Shown one piece after another: positions 28,891 through 39,779 of a DNA stretch of 64,000 nucleotides. Both the position numbers and the translations under genes were made by a program. This stretch comes from Takakia lepidozioides. Taxonomy: Eukaryota > Plantae > Bryophyta. Numbering within the stretch: position 1 is the stretch's first letter; each line of letters begins with the position of its first letter. The notes under the pieces were generated by a model. The model was given only the letters and a program-made list of their open reading frames with translations. It was not told the origin of the DNA and ran no database searches. The DNA lies in contig CM060731.1 of the NCBI GenBank assembly GCA_030704615.1, forward strand, positions 21,204,001-21,268,000, in the 5' to 3' direction.

Positions 28891-31491
28891 ATTTAACCAC
28901 TATCAAGTTTGAGAAATATATCCAGGTTTGTACGCACGCCCTCTTTCTTCCCTGTTAGCTTCTCCACCTCTCTCTGGGCTTGTTTAGACTAGAGACTGTT
29001 TACCCTTTTCACACTACATTGTGACCAACAGTGCATGTACTGCCAGATAGCGTCCCATCTGTGGAAGGTAGGCAGCTAGGATAGCAGTGTTGGAGTTAAT
29101 CTTTGTAATGTCAATGTGAGTCCTTCAATGCACAATTCGATTTCTGGAGCTGCATTGTTGTTGGCTGTCAGCAAGTTTTGGATGAGTTTCCATAGCCTAA
29201 TGGATGGAAACTCCATGATTGAACCTAGAAGGTTGGTATCATGTTGGCTAGCTTGTCCTCTAGGGAAAGTGGTCAATGAGAATCTCTCTCTCTTCATCCC
29301 AGTAGCTGTTTATAAAAAAAATCTTTCTTTTGGTTTTGTTTCAGCAGTTTTTTGTGTTGGTTTTTGTTTTCTGTCCGTGGGCCCTTTGGGCATTCCGCAG
29401 ACACAATGAACTCTTTCCTTCCATCACCAACAAACTTGGAGTTTGGCATGTGATAGGAGGCTGAGTACAGTTGTGGCTCTCACACGGACTATTTCACTGC
29501 CTCGTTGTGGTTGTTGGCAGGTTGCTCACAGTCGGCTATGACTGCATCTCCATCAGACAATTTGCACAGCAGAATATCAAGTGATGAGGCAATTAGCTTG
29601 AGACCGCGTAGGAAACACAAGAATCTGTCATCTAGTGCTGTTAGCTTATTTGTGGCTCACATGAAGTATCAACTTGCTCTACAGCTCCAGCGGTATTCCT
29701 TGGTTAGAGTTTTAAAGTTTTGCACCTTCAGCTGTCATAGAAGCTTACAACTTTGAAACCTTGGCTCTAATCTTTCATACCATGCATGGTCATCAGGAAT
29801 TCTTTTATTCATAGGGTGGTTTGTACATCCGCAGTGAGGTTTCAAGCGCACAGTTCCCTTCTTCCAGGATGCTGTTATGACTTTCACCGATGGCAGGTCT
29901 CTCTCACACCACAGTTGCTAGGCAGTACAAATTATGCAGCTGCCACTCTTATCAAGTAGCAGGGTCTATGGTCTTTCTGTATTTGCCTTGAAAGATGGAA
30001 TGGATCGATTAGTTTATGTTCAACTATTTGGTAGGCTGAAATTACCTGTTATGAAGGTATCCAAGCATCCATGGGGGTCGATTTAGGGGTTGTGCACCTC
30101 TACATGATTTTCGGCTGCAAAGATTATGCTAAGCAGTACAGATGTTGCACTTGCATACCAAGGAGTTAGCAACTTGGCAGAGACTCTCTAAGAATTTTTA
30201 ACTCCCTACAATTCCAGAAGGTGAGATAAGGCCCTTGATGCTTTGTAAGAAATTTTTAGTGCCAAACAGGCACTCTCTTGGGTTGCCACTCAATAATTTG
30301 CAGGGATGTGGAAAATGTACTGCCCATCCTGACATCCTTCTCTCTTTTGCCTGATGGCAGACACACATTAGCTTGATGTCTTACAATGTTAGGGAAAATA
30401 ATCAAGAGCCCAAAAGTGTTGCCCTGAGTTGTTGCAGTGACAGCAATTGAATGACATTCTGTCAATCACAATTCTTCAAGGAATCTAAAATCTGAAGACA
30501 CTTTTTGACAGACTAAATGTTTTTCACAGGTTGTTCTGGATCCAACATAAGCATATACACAAAAGAGGAGAAAGCTATAGACCGCATCTTGCAATTTGAT
30601 GTGTGGAACCACCAGACATCCCACAAGACTAATTGCCTTGACATCTCTCATCAGGAATCTTACCCATGCTGATACCCACTGCTGCCACACCACATGTATG
30701 CCAGAACTGCATTAGACTGCTATATGGAACGGGGTGACATCACCGGATTGACATAGCAGAATCGAAACCCTGTATCTTGTGGCTACCATCACCATCACCT
30801 TATCAGCGGACTACCCGTCAATACACAGCAACCATCAGCAATTTAAAATCTCTGTTAGTGAGTCCAGGGTGCGAGGGGGTTGGAGGAATAACGCATTGCA
30901 CTCAAACTTGGAAAACGGCTCTACCCAGAATCTGCAGATGGCTTCAATTGCCATGGCACAGTAAACTTGCACCTTGCCTTGCACAACGGTGTGATTGCAA
31001 CCTGACTTGCACAACAGTGTCCGTGCAACGAACAAGTCTGCCGAAATAGTCAACGTCTTGGTCGCCAATGGGAGCAAACCAAAGTTCATGATGAGGGTTT
31101 GAAAATTGTTCGCAGGCAAGCTCACAGAACACCAAACCTCTCAAAATGGAAGGTGCCTGATGGAGAACCACAGAGAGAAGGTATGAATGACCACATGCAT
31201 GAGAATAGAATTTCCCAAGAACGCCAAAATCAATTCTGCTTCAATCTAACAAGATGAAAAAGCAGTTCTCTTGCACACAAACCAGAAAAATACCACCAAT
31301 ATGGAAGAATGTTTCACACAATATTACAATTTTTTTCTATCCCACTTCAAATCCTTAGCTGTTGTTGGAAGGATCCAAGCCGAGCACCATAACTATGCTT
31401 ACATCTCACCTGAACTTGCAGATCTTCTGTGGGTGCGTGGGGGTGAAAGAGACATTGGTGAGGGAAGGATCGTATAATGGAGGCAAGCAGA

Positions 31492-32751
31492 CTACGCACA
31501 AGCAGTCAAGCTGGGCTGGAAACAATATCCAGCATGTACTCCAGGATACTCCCCCTCATTCACAGTCAAGGGACAATTCTCCACCCATTGCCAAGAGCTT
31601 TGAAGGGTATTGAACACCAACACTCGCACTCCTGTGGAGCATGTGACAAAGACATTGCCATCCACTCCTACACAACTATATCCACACAGGCCACGTTCCC
31701 TCATAAATTCCTTGAACAATCTCTCGGGCAGTTTCGAGAGCTCTGTCCACGTTTTGGAGATGGGGTCCAACTTGAAAACATGAAGACTGGTGGTAGTAGA
31801 ATGGCCTCGAATGTCTGTGCACACATGTGCCACCATTGCGACGAATTCCCCACACTCCACTACATGCCCATTTACATAACCTGCAGGAAGCTTGTCTTCA
31901 ATTTCCAACCATCCGCCATTGCCTTCCACGTCATACGATACTAGACCAAACCTGTGAGGAGCCTGATCCTGCACAGCTACAATGTACAGTAATCCCTGAC
32001 AAACTGTCCTCCGGAACATTAGAACCTCGACATGTGAAGGGTACCCTGCCTTGATTTTCCATGATTCAGACACTGAATCGTAGACCTGGGTGTGTGGACT
32101 TCCTGCTGCAATTATCTTGTAACCTTCCTTGTGCACAATCATGGCGCTCGCTGTCTGAAATTCTTTGCCTGTATGAGCAAGCCGGGGTATCTCTCTCCAC
32201 CTACCTGTGAAGGGATTGCAGACATGGAAAACCCAGGTGCGGTTATCGAGTACAAGAAGAAGCCCTCCCGCACCCTGCCGAATCGTCTTTACGCGCGCTG
32301 GAAGAAAAGAGAGAGATGGCAAGCTCTGCCATTTCCCTGAACCAGGATAGTAGGCTGAGCACTCAAGGTTCTCTCGATAGGAAGGGAACATCAGAAAGAA
32401 AGATCCGTGCTGACCAAGACCTGCACGAGCTAATTCAGCCCTAAGCTCCAGAAAGTCTGGAGTGAAGACAAGAGAGTTCCACCTTTTGCACACAGCCCGA
32501 GATCTGAATAGGCTATGGACTGGGAGGCAGGCAAGGACCCTATCCAACAACTCCTCGGGAAGGGTACCCCACAGTCGGACATCCATATCTGATCCCCACT
32601 TTCGAGCGGCACGGAAGTTCCCCATCCGAGTGTGACTAGCCACCCTATCCTCGAGCAGATTCTTGGTCTCCAGACAATCCGTACTGTTCCTGGCCTCTGG
32701 ATCTTCAAGAGTGCATAGGCATTCTTTCAATTCGCCCACTGCGATTACCAT
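31492..32751 (-). CDS. Intronless F-box/kelch-like protein
   Basis: Intact ~420-aa ORF with LWGTLPEELLDRVLACLPVHSLFRSRAVCKRWNSL, GAGGLLL, VCNPFTGRWREIP and TQVYDSVSESW. Confidence 0.9.
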   Translation of the reverse strand: MVIAVGELKECLCTLEDPEARNSTDCLETKNLLEDRVASHTRMGNFRAARKWGSDMDVRLWGTLPEELLDRVLACLPVHSLFRSRAVCKRWNSLVFTPDFLELRAELARAGLGQHGSFFLMFPSYRENLECSAYYPGSGKWQSLPSLSFLPARVKTIRQGAGGLLLVLDNRTWVFHVCNPFTGRWREIPRLAHTGKEFQTASAMIVHKEGYKIIAAGSPHTQVYDSVSESWKIKAGYPSHVEVLMFRRTVCQGLLYIVAVQDQAPHRFGLVSYDVEGNGGWLEIEDKLPAGYVNGHVVECGEFVAMVAHVCTDIRGHSTTTSLHVFKLDPISKTWTELSKLPERLFKEFMRERGLCGYSCVGVDGNVFVTCSTGVRVLVFNTLQSSWQWVENCPLTVNEGEYPGVHAGYCFQPSLTACA

Positions 32752-34429
32752 TGCATTCACAGCAGAAGGTCAAGAACAGTGAAACAGTGTGTAATCTAAT
32801 CACAATTCACGCCGGACTAGAAGCCCAGTGTTGCGTCCAGCAAGAACATGTATGTCAAACAAGGACCCCGCACGAACAAATCTCATGTTTTGCCAGCATT
32901 CTGTCATGATAGTGTCCACAATTACTGGCACCACCATTCCTGGCAGCCATCAAACTCGACAGATCACCACCTGTTATGGGAGAATCTTGTTCACTACACA
33001 GTACATATCTCGAGCTAGTACTCCACCTCCTCAAATCGAACTCAGCAAGCAACATTTCGAAAGAAAGAATCGACAATAAGCTAATCCGAAACAAGGCCCA
33101 GAAACTGTCAGAAGCAGTACCCAATCAGCTGTAAACCGAAACCAAGACTGATCTGCACAGCACCTTACTTCAGCAGCAAAAACTTAAAAGAACCCACCAA
33201 GACCCACAGCTCTCATAACAAACCCATCTGTACAATTCGAGTCCTCGAGTCCTTGAAGACTTCCCTCAAGATTTCCGGAGCCACTCCTTCCCCAAGACAA
33301 GAGTCGAATCCACCACAAGTAGAGAGCTGTATGGCACTAACTTAGCTATGGCGGCAATTCATGTGGTTGGTTTGCTTGATTCTCACAGACCCAACACCCC
33401 TCCTTCCATAAAAGCCTGACGTCTAACCAACTGTGGACGTGCAATCTCTTCTGTTACACGTGTGTGGGCGGCGCTGCAGGCAGCTCGTCATCGCTGCTCG
33501 CTGGCCGTTACAAGTTCCAACTTTCGCTCTACTCTCTCTCTCTCCCTCCGAGGCTACCAAACAAGGGGTCTAAAATTGCCCTTCTTTGAGACCTACAGTA
33601 GGTTTTTTTTTGCAAAAAGGGCAAAGAGGAAAAAATAACCTCTCTTGACATGCCATGGGTAGTTTTAGGAATAAAACACATAACTTTCATCTTTCAGGGT
33701 AAGAGAATCATCCTTTGTTTGTGATGCCAAGTACTGGAGAAAGGAAAAGGTACAACAGTATCAAACTGATTTTGGCACTTGGAAGTTGGCTCTTTTTTTC
33801 TTTTCTTTTCTTTTCTTTTTGTTGCAGGAAAGGGAAAGGAAGCCCTTGATGATAGCAGAGACTTTGCATCATGTTGATGTGAATGGTCCCTTACACCCTC
33901 TCAAGATTCTTATTGGTCCCAAGGCATTGATGTTGTCGTGCTGAGATATGCGAATTAGGAATTTTTTTATTTTGTTTTAAAAACCACAATTTATACAGAA
34001 ATTTAATGAGGAATCTCTCAGGAAAAAGAAAACAGCAGAATAATTTCGCAGAGTTGCATAGGATGTGGTCCAATTTTTCAATATAATCGAAGTTGAACAA
34101 AAAACAGAATTTATATATATATATATATCTTGAAGTTGAACAACGGACCCAATGACTCCATGTAATATAATGACTCGGTGTAATATAAAGAAAGCAACTG
34201 ATAGTGCATTGAGTACCACCCATGTGATTATGGGTTCAAATCTTAGCTAGTATTGCGGTAGATATTTTGTTTGGCCCTCAATGCTTCGCAAGATATGATG
34301 TGATATTATACGACATGATAAGCAAGCCTAAGTAAGAGCATCTCCCCTTTTGGGCCTAGCTGTTCGAGGCTTGTTCTAAAGAAGACTATGCATTCAAGTT
34401 AGCGTCAAAAATTGCTAAGTATAGGGGAA

Positions 34430-36186
34430 TGTCATGCACCTCACTTCGGTAAGCTCCCCTTCAAGTTATAGTTACTCGCTTTGATGCGTGCGCCTAACTC
34501 CCAAACTGGCCGCCGGGCCAACTCGGAGCTTCGGCTGCTCACCGGGACATAACGGTTCTCCTTTACTCCTCCACTAGACCCTCGCTCAATTTGGGCCTAG
34601 TGGAAAATTCCCTTTGGTTGTTGGCAGTCCGGAACAGCTCCCCACACCTTGGTCGCTTTCCGGCTCGCACGCTTACTCATTAGTTTTTGGTCACCAACGG
34701 GCTTGCACCGTTCTCGGGGTTACTACGCCCTATATATTTTTCTGTGACTGTCCGCGGGGGTTTCACAAACAACCCAGTCATTTTATGGCGAACCACCACG
34801 AAAACCCTCGATTTCCGGTGATGAGTCGCGGTGAGTCTTGGCCCACCCACCACGGCCCCATTGGACCATGATGAGTCCCAAGACTCCCCACGACTCCTAC
34901 CACAAGGTCTCCGCCTGTCGCGCACCTCAGTTCGGTAAGCTCCCCTTCAAGTCATAGTTATTAGCTTTGATGCGCGCGCCTAACTCCCAAACTGGCCGCC
35001 GGGCCAACTCGGAGCTTCGGCTGATCACCGGGACATACTGGTCCCTCTTTGTTCCCCCACAAGACCCTCGCTCACTTTGGGCCTAGTGGAAATTCCCTTT
35101 GGTTGTTGGCAGTCCAGAACAGCTCCCCACACCTTGGTTGCTTTCCGGCTCGCACGCTTACTCACTAGTTTTTGGTCACCAACGGGCTTGCACCGTGCTC
35201 GGGGTTACTACTCCCTATATATACTTCTGTGACTATCCGCGGGGGTTTCACAAACAACACCATCCTTTTATGGCGAACCACCACGAAGACCCTCGATTCT
35301 CGGTGATGAGTCGCGGTGAGTCTTGACCCACCCACCATGGCCCAAATGGACCGTGATGAGTCCCAAGACTCCCCACGACTCCCACCACAAGGTCTCCGCC
35401 CTATGGTGAGTCTTATGTCACCCCCACTAAGACCCACTAAGCTACCACCACCCCTCGTGGAACCACCCCCACCGCAGCCCGGTGTGCGGGGCTCCACCTA
35501 GTGAGCGCCTTCACCTCTTTGAGTGCCCCCGTACCTATTGTTGCCACTGCCCCCACCACAGGGGCAGCCCCTCTTGTGTCCCGACCCCCCCGCCCTCAAG
35601 GCAAAGGGCCGCGACACACACCCCTACGAACAGGGAGTCGATGTCCTCATCGACTTGTCCATTTTGTAGAAACTAACATCCAAGTTGTGGCATCCCACAT
35701 CAAGGAGTTTGTTTCCGTACCATGGCGTCCCATGGTAAAGAACTAAACCCCCACTTGACTCTACTCTCCACTCTAAGGGTGGAGCCTCTTAAGCTCCACC
35801 CAGCGCACTCTTCTTGGCCCACTTCAAGGCCAAGGAACGATCATCCCCAAGGATCGAATCGTCTTACTGCAACAACATTGCTTGCGATCGCTCATGATGC
35901 CGCTTTTTGGCATCACCTTGAGCAAGGGTTCACCTTGAACCATTTTATCCTTAGGAATCCAATTCTTTATCAGTACAAGTTCTTCATGCATATGAGTGTA
36001 AACATTCACTTTCCATTCCTCGGATTAACGCGGAAGCTACGTGCTTCCGTTCACGTACTATAATCGTGTAACCTCGGGATGGAGTCGTAGTGCGGCTTCG
36101 GTGTGTTCCTGTACCTCAAGCCAGCATTCAAAGGCGGACCCAATTGTAGTGATTGGGGCGCGCGGTTGGTTCAAGGTTATCTTCCT
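34430..36186 (-). mobile_element. Two adjacent LTR remnants (34430-34915 and 34916-~35940, plus an inverted piece 36021-36186) of the chromovirus at 39780-43850
   Basis: Both begin TGTC..GCACCTCA(C/G)TTCGGTAAGCTCCCC and align with 39780 onward; 36021-36186 is the reverse complement of ~40873-41038. Confidence 0.85.
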
Positions 36187-37089
36187 CCCTTGGCTATACT
36201 AGAAGTCTCCGCTACCATATAACCATATGGTAAGCACGTCTGAAAAGTTGTTCTTGGTGTAAGTTTGACTGGATGATTTTTAGGCAGATATGCATTTCAA
36301 TGCATTTTAGGTTTATGCTCCTTTGATTTAAACCTATTGAATGCCCATTTTTCATCCTGGTCTGATATCATCCATACCGGATGGTGGATGAAATCGCGGG
36401 AGGTTTTCCTTAAGTGTCTCTCCGCCCTAGACACAGCACGATATCGTGCGTGTTTTTTTCTCTGGAAGAGGGTGATGGCGGACGAATGCTTGATGGCGGC
36501 TGAATGCTCGAGCAACAAGATCTGAGCGGGTGTGTTCTTGTTTTTGGAACGCGCGATGACGGCAGGCACTTTCATCTCCCGCGATGGCAAATAACATACT
36601 GTTGTGTTTGCCTACGTTTTTCCTCATTGATGAAGCAGCGGCGGTTATGGAGGTGGGGAAGCGGCCTGTATTATCAAGATACAACCTATCCTCAACTCTC
36701 CTCCCGTTGCATTCTGTTGTGTTGGTTCAAATTCAGATGATGAACACCGCAGCGTCCTACGCCACAAAAGATTGAGGTTCTTTGTGGTGTCACATCTATG
36801 CTTTCTTCTGCTGGTTCTGTGATCTCTGCATGCTTTATGGCTCATACCTGACATGGATAGCAACTGTGAAATCCTGTAATTCACCTCGCGCATCCTCATT
36901 AACGCACAAAACATTTTTTGTGTTTGTTTTTGGGACAGGCGCAGGTGAGGGATTTCACTTGGCATGAACTCTTTGGCTTGCAGATGATCTGGTTACTGCA
37001 GGAGGGATAAGATATGTTGCAAGCTGCCGTTGTTGCAATTTTCTGCTTCAAGGGGGATATGCCTTAAACCTTTACTTTGATTTCTGGTT

Positions 37090-38090
37090 CTTGGTAACCA
37101 AATCTGTTAAATCAGGGAAGTAAATGGGCTAGGCCTCCTAGAAATCAGACCTTATTGTGAAGGTTCGGGCTGGTTGTGATGACGAGGGTTTGGTGGTGCA
37201 AGTGTGATATTAGATGCATTTTTCCAGACTTGTTTTCTGGCCTTTTGGAGAGTCAGACAGTGTTGTTTATGCCTCACCAGTTTAGAATGTATTAAGTAAG
37301 GCATTGGGTAAGCCTTTTTAAGAACACATACATTCTTTCAGGCTCCCCCGTGGAGATTATAACCTGATTACAGACTGGTATTTTTGAGGATCTCTCTAAA
37401 ACTTGGCAATATTTTGGATAAGGCCCTGGGATACATACCCTAGCCCTGCATCTACTTATGGAAATACAATCAGTTCAGCTTGTGCTTTTAGGAACATACA
37501 AGTCCTTTAAAGCTGTAATAGGGAATTGTTTTCATCAAAGCTCTCACTCTTAGGCCTGCTGGAATGGTTTTCTCAAAGACCTGTTGAGCTTACAACATAC
37601 TTGTTTAAGCTATTTGAACCCTGGAATTACCAAGCCAGTATTTTTGAAGGGCTTTTTTTATTACAAACTGTATTCTTAAGCTCCTCCTAGAGATTGGGAA
37701 TGTGACATGGTAATGACTTACAGGTTTTTGTATGATCATCACAGCATTTGCCCTCTGTTTGGTTGTTGTAAGCCACTGGAACACTTACAGCTCTTATTTG
37801 AAACTCAGTATGTTTTAAATAAAGTGGTTCAGACTTTGATTGATTGACTGTATACAAACGTGCATATATTCTTCAGAACCCTACAGGCTCATGCTATGTG
37901 TTTGTTTTTTTAAAAGACCCCACCCTCCCACCCTATGATTTCAAGAACTTTGAAATCCAGTCTCTTTTATTTAAGATGAACTATTTATGGAGGGGAAGTG
38001 TTAACATGATGATATAAGGATACCTTGTAATTTAAGGATCTTTTTTCTAGGATTGTACATGTAAGGAGATGTTTGACAAAGCCTTGTAAT
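37090..38090 (+). mobile_element. Highly degenerate LINE ORF2 3' region (probable)
   Basis: Broken GLGL motif, CPLFGC..LEHL..LFE (zf-RVT-like) and YYLWRG; many stops. Confidence 0.35.
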
Positions 38091-38519
38091 GAGGCTGCTA
38101 TGTCATTTTTCTTGACAATGACTTTTACTAAGTCTTGTCTATATCTTGACATGACTTGAATATCTTCCCTCTCTTTTAAGCTCCCGACGAGATGAGTTTA
38201 AGGTCAGATGGTGGGGTCAGCTGCAGCATATGTCCAACACGAGATATCCTAAGTTAATCGACTTTATATCTTGGAAACAGGACCGCCCACTGAGGTTTGC
38301 TATTTCATGAGCATGAGCGGCATGAGCGGAGTAGTAAGACAATTGGTTTTCATGAGCATAAGTACAAATTTCGAAAATAAAAAACAATAAAAAAACAATA
38401 ATTTAATGCAATGTGTCAGGAAAAACAAATATATTATTCGGCCCCTTGAAGGGAAAATTGCAGTTTTGACAGTTGTGCTCATGATATTTCGTCTTCCGCT
38501 CATGCCAATTCCCAGCGAC

Positions 38520-38970
38520 ATGTGCAAATATGGCGCCGAATTTCACGGTAATAGGGTCCGTAACCTGAAAAAACGGCGACGTATTTCGCGGTAATAGGTC
38601 TCTTTGGCGAAAAATGGTGCCGAATTCCGCGGCTATAGGTCCCCTCATGACAGGTAATTCGGCGCCATTTTTCCAGTGCATGTTCGGACTTAGCCAGTTT
38701 TCGGCGCAAAATAGGGAAATTCGGCGCCATTTTTCCAGACACTGTACCAGTGCATGTTGGGACTTAGCCAGTTTTTGGCCCAAAAAAAAGAAATTCGGCG
38801 CCATTTTTCCAGACACGGTACCAGTGCATGTTGGGACTTAGCCAGTTTTCGGCCCAAAAAAGAGAAATTCGGCGCCATTTTCCCAGACACAGGTACCAGT
38901 GCATGTTGGGACTTAGCCAGTTTTCGGCCCCAAAAAGAGAAATTCGGAGCCATTTTTCCAGAAATGGCCC
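38520..38970. repeat. Subterminal tandem array, ~70-bp unit (AAATTCGGCGCCATTTTTCCAG...GGGACTTAGCCAG)
   Basis: About four near-identical units at 38657-38960 plus degenerate ones upstream. Confidence 0.9.
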
Positions 38971-39116
38971 CACAACTGCTTCTGTTGGATCTCAGTTTGA
39001 ATGGAATATTGCCTCATTCCAGGAGTTTTGGGGTGCATTTCATTACACTGCAAAAAAAAGTCTGATACAGCAAAATGCAATTGAAAATATCCATATGGAG
39101 GATTCTCTTTGCCCCA

Positions 39117-39620
39117 TCAATGATTTCTGGAATCCCTAAGGAGGAGTTTGTGCAGTTCGTTCACGCTCAACGCCGGTGCATGAATAAAGTCATCAATAGT
39201 CATGTTCATCCTCAACCTCTTCAGGTAAATGTAATACAGATGCTTGCACGGATAATACTTCGAACCCTTCTTTGCTTCCATCAACGAGAAGTCCGTACAA
39301 TTGCAAGTCGGCTCCACTCCAATTGTAATTGTGTATACATCATCGCGTACAGCCGAGCCGGCCGTTGCCATCCGATACACACGCCCAAGGCCGGGTGGGG
39401 GTACGTCCACGGAGCTCTGAACAGTGCAAGCCATCCCAAGAGCATTGGCAATCCGAGTCTCATTCAACTTGTTGGGAGGGTGTCGTCTCTTCACTCTTCC
39501 GAATCGCATTGTGGGATGTGCAGAATTGTCCAATCCGTCTCTACTGGACCGAGCAGTCTGCAATGGCTGGGTCTGAGGAACCGGAAATGCGTGGGCCGGG
39601 ATGTCTGTGCGTTGCACCAT
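39117..39620 (-). CDS. SWIM zinc-finger region, C-terminal part of a MULE transposase (fragment)
   Basis: YTITIGVEPTCNCTDF...YPCKHLYYIY fits CxC-xn-CxH. Confidence 0.75.
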   Translation of the reverse strand: MVQRTDIPAHAFPVPQTQPLQTARSSRDGLDNSAHPTMRFGRVKRRHPPNKLNETRIANALGMACTVQSSVDVPPPGLGRVYRMATAGSAVRDDVYTITIGVEPTCNCTDFSLMEAKKGSKYYPCKHLYYIYLKRLRMNMTIDDFIHAPALSVNELHKLLLRDSRNH

Positions 39621-39779
39621 TCAAAATCCTGCTGCAGATAGAGCATCCGCCTCATTCTGAGAGAGGCTGCAACCCGGTGCAACAGGCCAGACGCCCGGAG
39701 GCTCCGGCATTCCCTGAATCCCGTAGTTGTGGCGTGAGCAAATGTGGGAATCAAAAATTTGCCGCTGAAACAAGGTGCA

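Larger units (their letters stand above)
38292..39779 (-). mobile_element. Downstream end of a Mutator-like element (terminus, tandem array, SWIM-containing transposase tail), truncated by the chromovirus
   Basis: Terminus TGCTATTTCATGAGC is shared with 52805; the AAATTCGGCGCC array is shared with 55-62 kb; SWIM ORF. Confidence 0.75.

Noticed and set aside
29850-31170. Possible decayed F-box paralogue downstream of 31492
   Set aside because: Only faint, stop-ridden resemblance; cannot be supported without alignment.
34195-34250. tRNA/SINE-like B box GGTTCAAATC
   Set aside because: No convincing cloverleaf, A box or TSD.
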